A model generated the notes under the pieces. The model was not told the origin of the DNA, did no database searches, and worked only from the letters and a program-made list of their open reading frames with translations. Of a DNA stretch of 64,000 bases, positions 60,201 through 64,000 are shown one piece after another. Position numbers and translations under genes: made by a program. The stretch's first letter is position 1, and every line of letters begins with the position of its first letter. The stretch comes from Candidatus Hydrogenedentota bacterium (GTDB lineage Bacteria > Hydrogenedentota > Hydrogenedentia > Hydrogenedentales > SLHB01): contig CAVUWV010000021.1 of assembly GCA_963745075.1 (NCBI GenBank), positions 64,001 to 128,000 of the forward strand. Reading direction: 5' to 3'.

Positions 60201-60613
60201 AACAGAGTTCCGTGAGCGGACTGACGGAAACGGGCGTGCCCATCGAGGATCTGCGCGAAGCCGAAACGACACTGCGCGCTGAGGATGGCCGGACCATCTT
60301 CATCGGCGGCCTGCGCAACGTTTCCGACACCCACGCCGTGAGCAAGATTCCGGTACTCGGCGATATCCCCTTGCTCAACATCATGTTCAAGAACAGCAAC
60401 ATCGAAAAGGTCAACACCGAGCTGTTGATCTTCCTGACGTGCAAAGTGCTCGGCGACAGCCTTCCGGAACTGTCGCCGTCCCATCAGCGGGAATACGATA
60501 AGCTCGATGCGACGCCTGAGGTCCCGGACTCGCAGCGGGCGCTCTTCAAAGATTACGTGAAACCGCAGGAGATGCGCGACCCCATTTGGAAATGGCGCCG
60601 CTCCGTTCGATAG
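57278..60613 (+). CDS. pilQ: Type IV pilus secretin PilQ (AMIN domain, long linker, N-domains, secretin core)
   Basis: KLVVDF..RVVID AMIN domain; VNIDFREMDL; QVAIEAMIVD; IGVTLEVTP; KIPVLGDIP; TELLIFLT. Confidence 0.92.
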   Translation: MLPRNRTCTVAVLAALLAVAAFAATDAIEERKESIVRVALEKQGREADTALLESARNAAAIVSLKLSGTPGGSMLQIHTNGRPEYDWFFLDGEAKLVVDFKNTINFESGNVLKAENDPLIERVRTSLFALEPQFVSRVVIDMKREAKPLFREVEKGLELQFASAGAPIQESAPAPIGKAIEDVTPTSPSGADGEKPAPLPEGAKQILADLNQQEQAIRDTRAKLEEAALRDRADRPAVSLGETPDADSPAQRALRTFIAQDEATSAEFWQRVDDLTAAANDRIAKLRARVRELQASIENGNVAEKAGKSAMQGLAKEARAGIDTDRAAFADRFAELNSQQAQSQEAFVRLANAAERSPSPTPDTAPGVSAKTVTEALEGLSKQLAKMPELTDAKREAGSEKQTDVADVADAPESPEADAMLDNTLASLQEPVAPVIEDTVLTTPASEMQLVTSVPLDLAAAQLQHGADAAATDPPAKPKPESTPKPESTPEPAPAPETENKAMPTPAKEAAPAKEKAPVQEKQAEPVEAKPAKEEPKPAAAEMKPEAKPAMEKPVEKPVEQPAAATPAIETVEQEPLGEVERQQLPPGMDPLDQPVNIDFREMDLSAVVSLLAKKAQVNVIAGTDIIGTVTADIRNVPLRQAMDMVLRMNGLGIVEEEGVFRIVPYDEAVAARRMTRMVVLKNAQANDVKLTLDGILVGAQDAQLVTLSANDATNVLIVSGPEKRVDEFEDLAHQLDVSEPALPTVTEAIKLNYLEPADAKPIAESLITEDIGKVEADAQGRHLIVTDMPVVVEQIRRVLSDVDKPVKQVAIEAMIVDAVMRDASQTGVSWMLDAIRKYSTNGDLISDVSQAGFRSNLGVPFDITGNPSAAGLPQALDAGAITLGILTNDIRLNSVIAAEAQSRNAEILANPSVVTVENQPATISIVQEFPYQEITQGLTGPPVATTEFKDIGVTLEVTPRVTHENDTIIAIKAKQSSVSGLTETGVPIEDLREAETTLRAEDGRTIFIGGLRNVSDTHAVSKIPVLGDIPLLNIMFKNSNIEKVNTELLIFLTCKVLGDSLPELSPSHQREYDKLDATPEVPDSQRALFKDYVKPQEMRDPIWKWRRSVR

Positions 60614-60630
60614 AATAATCGGAACGATCG

Positions 60631-60671
60631 ACGAGGCCGCGGACCAAAACCGGTTCGCGGCCTCGTTCGTT
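60631..60671 (+). terminator. Putative terminator after pilQ
   Basis: ACGAGGCCGCGGACC / GGTTCGCGGCCTCGT hairpin with a weak U-tract. Confidence 0.55.
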
Positions 60672-60829
60672 GATGGTAAAATGATTCGTCCCCCGCCCCA
60701 CGACGGGATCGTGTGTAAGGCAATAAACCTGCGCCTATTTGCCGTGCAGGGAGGCGATTCGGTACACTCGCCTGACGGCTTGCGTCGCGCAACGAAAGCC
60801 CCCCATGACAGGTAAATCAGAGAAGCTAG

Positions 60830-61318
60830 ATGTTCGGTTCTGATGAAATGCGTGAGATATATCTCCGCACAAAGATCGTCAAACGGCCAACGTACGGTGT
60901 CGTAAGCGGTTACCACGAATTGCCTTACGTTTGCCTGGGCAAACAGTGGGAAACCGCGAACGGCACGGTACGGGTCCGCGGAACGGTACACGTGTCGCCG
61001 CGATTCATAATCCGGCCGTCGCAATATGAACCCAGCTATGAGGAAATCTTCGGCGAGGAGAATGTCGACACGGCGCTTACGGGTCGCCTGTTCGGTTTTC
61101 TCGGGTTCCGCGGCAAACCGGTGGAATGCACATCCGACCGTCTGGACGTGAAGCGGCTGGAGGCGCATCTCGATCGGGTCCTTGCCGAGACGCTGGACGA
61201 ATTGGAACGGCACGAAGACATTTCAACCGGGGTCATTATCACGCCGAACAGCCGGTACTTTCCCGTTTCGGTCGAGCGATTCATCGCCAGTGTACTGGAC
61301 GACGAATTCTCGCTATGA
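60830..61318 (+). CDS. Hypothetical protein
   Basis: 162-aa ORF with host-like codons. Confidence 0.7.
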   Translation: MFGSDEMREIYLRTKIVKRPTYGVVSGYHELPYVCLGKQWETANGTVRVRGTVHVSPRFIIRPSQYEPSYEEIFGEENVDTALTGRLFGFLGFRGKPVECTSDRLDVKRLEAHLDRVLAETLDELERHEDISTGVIITPNSRYFPVSVERFIASVLDDEFSL

Positions 61319-61365
61319 TCGGCCCGTCGGCGTCCCCCGGCGATCCCCAACATGTGAAGGAGGAA

Positions 61366-61641
61366 ATGGTGAAAAGCGCATACGAAATCGCCCTCGAACG
61401 CCTGGAAAAAGAGCACGGTCCGGTCCAGACGCTCTCCGACGACCAGCGCCAGGAAATCGCCGCGATCGACAAGCGGTATGACTCGCAAATCGCGGAAGAG
61501 CGTCTGAAACTCGACGGCCGGCTTTCTCAGGCGGCATCGGCCGAGGAGGTCGAACAAATCCGCGCGGAGTCGGCGGAGCACATCGCCTCCCTCGAGGAGA
61601 AGCGCGAGAAAGAAAAAGAAACCATCTGGAACGCCAACTAG
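61366..61641 (+). CDS. Small coiled-coil hypothetical protein
   Basis: AAGGAGG RBS, MVKSAYEIALERL, charged helix. Confidence 0.75.
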   Translation: MVKSAYEIALERLEKEHGPVQTLSDDQRQEIAAIDKRYDSQIAEERLKLDGRLSQAASAEEVEQIRAESAEHIASLEEKREKEKETIWNAN

Positions 61642-61653
61642 GTTGGCCCGGCC

Positions 61654-63091
61654 TTGATCCCGATCCTCAGCAGGGTTGCTTCGGGCCTCCGGGGGTGGCG
61701 CGCACTTCTTGCGACGATTCTCGTCCTCGGGGGACTGGTCGTATGGGACCAGCATATCCAGCAGACCGCTCCTCTGTATGGGGTGCGTCCGGCCAACGCG
61801 ACGTGGGTTCTCTCCACAGGCGACTTTCCCAAGTTCTGGCGTGATTTCGAAGGGGGCGACGTGTTCGCGCGCGTCCAGGATGACTGGCCCCGGCCCCAAG
61901 GAAGCTTCGAACTGGCCCTCCGGCTTGCGACCGGCGTTCGCCCCACTCCCACGCGCTGGCGCGTTTGGATGGGCAAACGATTGACGGTCAGCCAGTCCCC
62001 CGACGGAATCGGTTGCAGTGTGTACCCTGGACTCCTCCTGCGCATCGTATCCCGCGGAGTGCAAATGTTCGGCCACGGCCCGGACGCATCGGGTATTGCC
62101 CGAATGGGGGACGTTCTACTACTCGTGGCGCAGCGGTTTCTTGATTCTTTCCCGCGATCGCCCCTATGTCGAAGCCTGCATGATGAACACCGATGCAACT
62201 CCTTTGCGATCCGGGAACGACGCGCAAATTGCGTTGCAGTGGACCGGCCCCAACGAGGGCTATATCCGCACGCTCCCGGGTACCGGGTTACCGGTCGAAG
62301 GACGCTGCCGCATACCACTGTCCGACGGCGACACGCCGCTGAGTCTCACCAACGCCTGGCCTGCTCCCCCCGTCTTTGCGGTCGCGGCGCGAACCCCGCA
62401 GGACTTGGAGACGCTGGGAAATGTCGCCGAACGCGCCTTACGTTCAACAGCCCCCTGGAAGGAGATCGCGTCGACGGCGCGTGAACTCGTGAAGACGTGG
62501 GATCTGCATGCTCCGCCGAAGGATTGGGATCGGGGCGTCGAGCAAGTGGCCGTCGCCGTGCTCGGTGTTGACACCGCCGAATTCCTCCCGATTCCCGATA
62601 CCGCATTCGTCATGCGGCAAAATGGTCCGACCGACGGCGAACATCCCCTTCGGCCAATGTTTGGCGATGACTTGACCATCGATTACGAGTGGCAAGGCCA
62701 GCCGGGAACGTCCGTACCATGGCTCGGAGAAAGCGTATCGCCATGCCTGTGCGGGTACGGCCGTGACTGGATTCTGACCACGAACGAACCCCGCATGGCC
62801 TCCCTGGCGGGCGCGCTCCTCCCAGGCCCCACCGAGGCGCCGGACGTTGACGTGACCGCCCGCGTCGAGTGGGATGCCACCGCAGGCGCCGCAAAGTCGA
62901 TGCTGCTCCAACTCGCATCGCGGGACCTGCTTCCCGAGTATGGTCTTCAGGATGCCGAGGCCGACCTGTCCCCCAAGCTCGACGCCCTTGGCAAACTCGG
63001 GTCGTTTCGGCTCGATGGCCGGGTCCTCGAGGACGGCTGGCTCGAATTCGATGGTCGTCTATTCGATTCGGGACCGTCTGATGAGGAATAA
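61654..63091 (+). CDS. Membrane-anchored hypothetical protein; frameshift near 62100
   Basis: Track ORFs 61654-62484 and 62018-63091 join after removing one base at gccc; N-terminal TM helix. Confidence 0.55.
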
Positions 63092-63218
63092 GCGGCGGAA
63101 TACTGTCGTGACTCCAAAAACAGCAGTCGACGCGATGGCACGGTTGCGAGAGCGGACTCTTCCAAGGGTTTCCGCAAGGCCTGCTGGTCGTCATCGCGGC
63201 GAGCACCGCATAACCAGA

Positions 63219-63373
63219 AAGACCACAGCCGGGAGCGGCTGTGCCACACGCGCTTGCCTGGCATTCGTGTCCCGGATGTCGGCCGCGGTTTTGGGCGAAT
63301 ACGCTTTCCGGATTGATAAAGCCGGAGTCGGTCGAGTTAAACGTGTGGCACAGCCGCTCCCGGCTGTGGTCTT
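63219..63373. repeat. Inverted GTGG-type REP doublet
   Basis: 32-bp perfect IR AAGACCACAGCCGGGAGCGGCTGTGCCACACG at 63219-63250 and 63342-63373. Confidence 0.85.
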
Positions 63374-63410
63374 CCAACAAGAACCGCGACGGTCTCGTTC
63401 AACTGCCGTT

Positions 63411-64000
63411 TTGAGAATGGCCGCTTGGTGCCTCTGTGCCGTGACCGTTGCTGCCGCATCCCCTTATGGGTTTATCGGGACTCTCGGCGATGGAAATGGC
63501 AGCACGGCGGTTTCGGGCAACGGGCGATTGACCGTTGGCGTGAATGCCTTCGGACACATTGACGCGTGCCGGTGGCCGGGTCCGGCCCGAGCCAATCAGA
63601 TTTCCTCCGTGCCCGCAGACCCTGAGACCGATAGCCGATACGGCCTGCTGTGGGGGCTTCGTATTGGCGACAAGACGGTATGGCTCGACGGCGCCCACGA
63701 AATCACGCACTCCCAATCGGTCCCTGCGAACGGACCGATTATCCGCACGCAATCGGATCTCGACGGGGTTCCGGGCGCGGTCGTCCAAGAAACTTTCGTG
63801 CTTGGCGACCGCGACGTCTTGGTCGCCCGGATTCAGGTCTCACCTGCGATGCAGGGCCAGGCGATTTGGTACGCAGATGCATCGCCGTGCTCGACGGTCG
63901 TTCCGGAGCTGCCCTTTCTGTCTTTCCTTTGGCGCGGCGGGCAGGATTTCGCCGCATTCGCCGACGAAACGCGTCGCACTGTCTATCAATTTCGGCCCAA
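63411..64000 (+). CDS. Partial secreted protein with GH15/glucodextranase-like N-terminus
   Basis: Frame open to the window end: AVSGNGRLTVGVNAFGHIDACRWPGP...ETFVLGDRDVLV; not in the ORF track. Confidence 0.5.
   Translation, partial: MRMAAWCLCAVTVAAASPYGFIGTLGDGNGSTAVSGNGRLTVGVNAFGHIDACRWPGPARANQISSVPADPETDSRYGLLWGLRIGDKTVWLDGAHEITHSQSVPANGPIIRTQSDLDGVPGAVVQETFVLGDRDVLVARIQVSPAMQGQAIWYADASPCSTVVPELPFLSFLWRGGQDFAAFADETRRTVYQFRP

Overview
GC-rich bacterial chromosomal window, probably Candidatus Hydrogenedentes or a PVC-like lineage. That placement is inferred from the (EA)n/GEGE linker in an InlB-B-repeat surface protein and the many sulfatases and glycosidases. From left to right it contains: an operon with two tandem secretins lacking N-domains plus a TPR/FxLYD lipoprotein; a GH42-like protein; def-recR-can; a ClC-CBS-TrkA_C channel; an ECF sigma/ZAS anti-sigma locus; glycosyltransferases; a sulfated-glycan cluster (DUF1080, GH29, GH109-like, three sulfatases); a sigma54-driven type IV pilin; DUF2157/GDYXXLXY/epimerase; a short leuA with a complete leucine attenuator; LMF, apaG and DAG kinase; an intact IS1182-like element; a TPR protein, a 1327-aa InlB-repeat protein ending in a lytic-transglycosylase-like domain, and a candidate immunity gene; hydrolases and an ABC exporter; a 6S RNA; and pilMNOPQ. 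Several distinct REP-like inverted-repeat families occupy intergenic gaps. About seven genes are frameshifted, most likely from long-read indel errors. The best candidates for novel systems are the stalked muramidase toxin/immunity module (39.1-45.5 kb) and the tandem minimal secretin operon (1-3.4 kb). All family calls come from motif recognition, not database searches.
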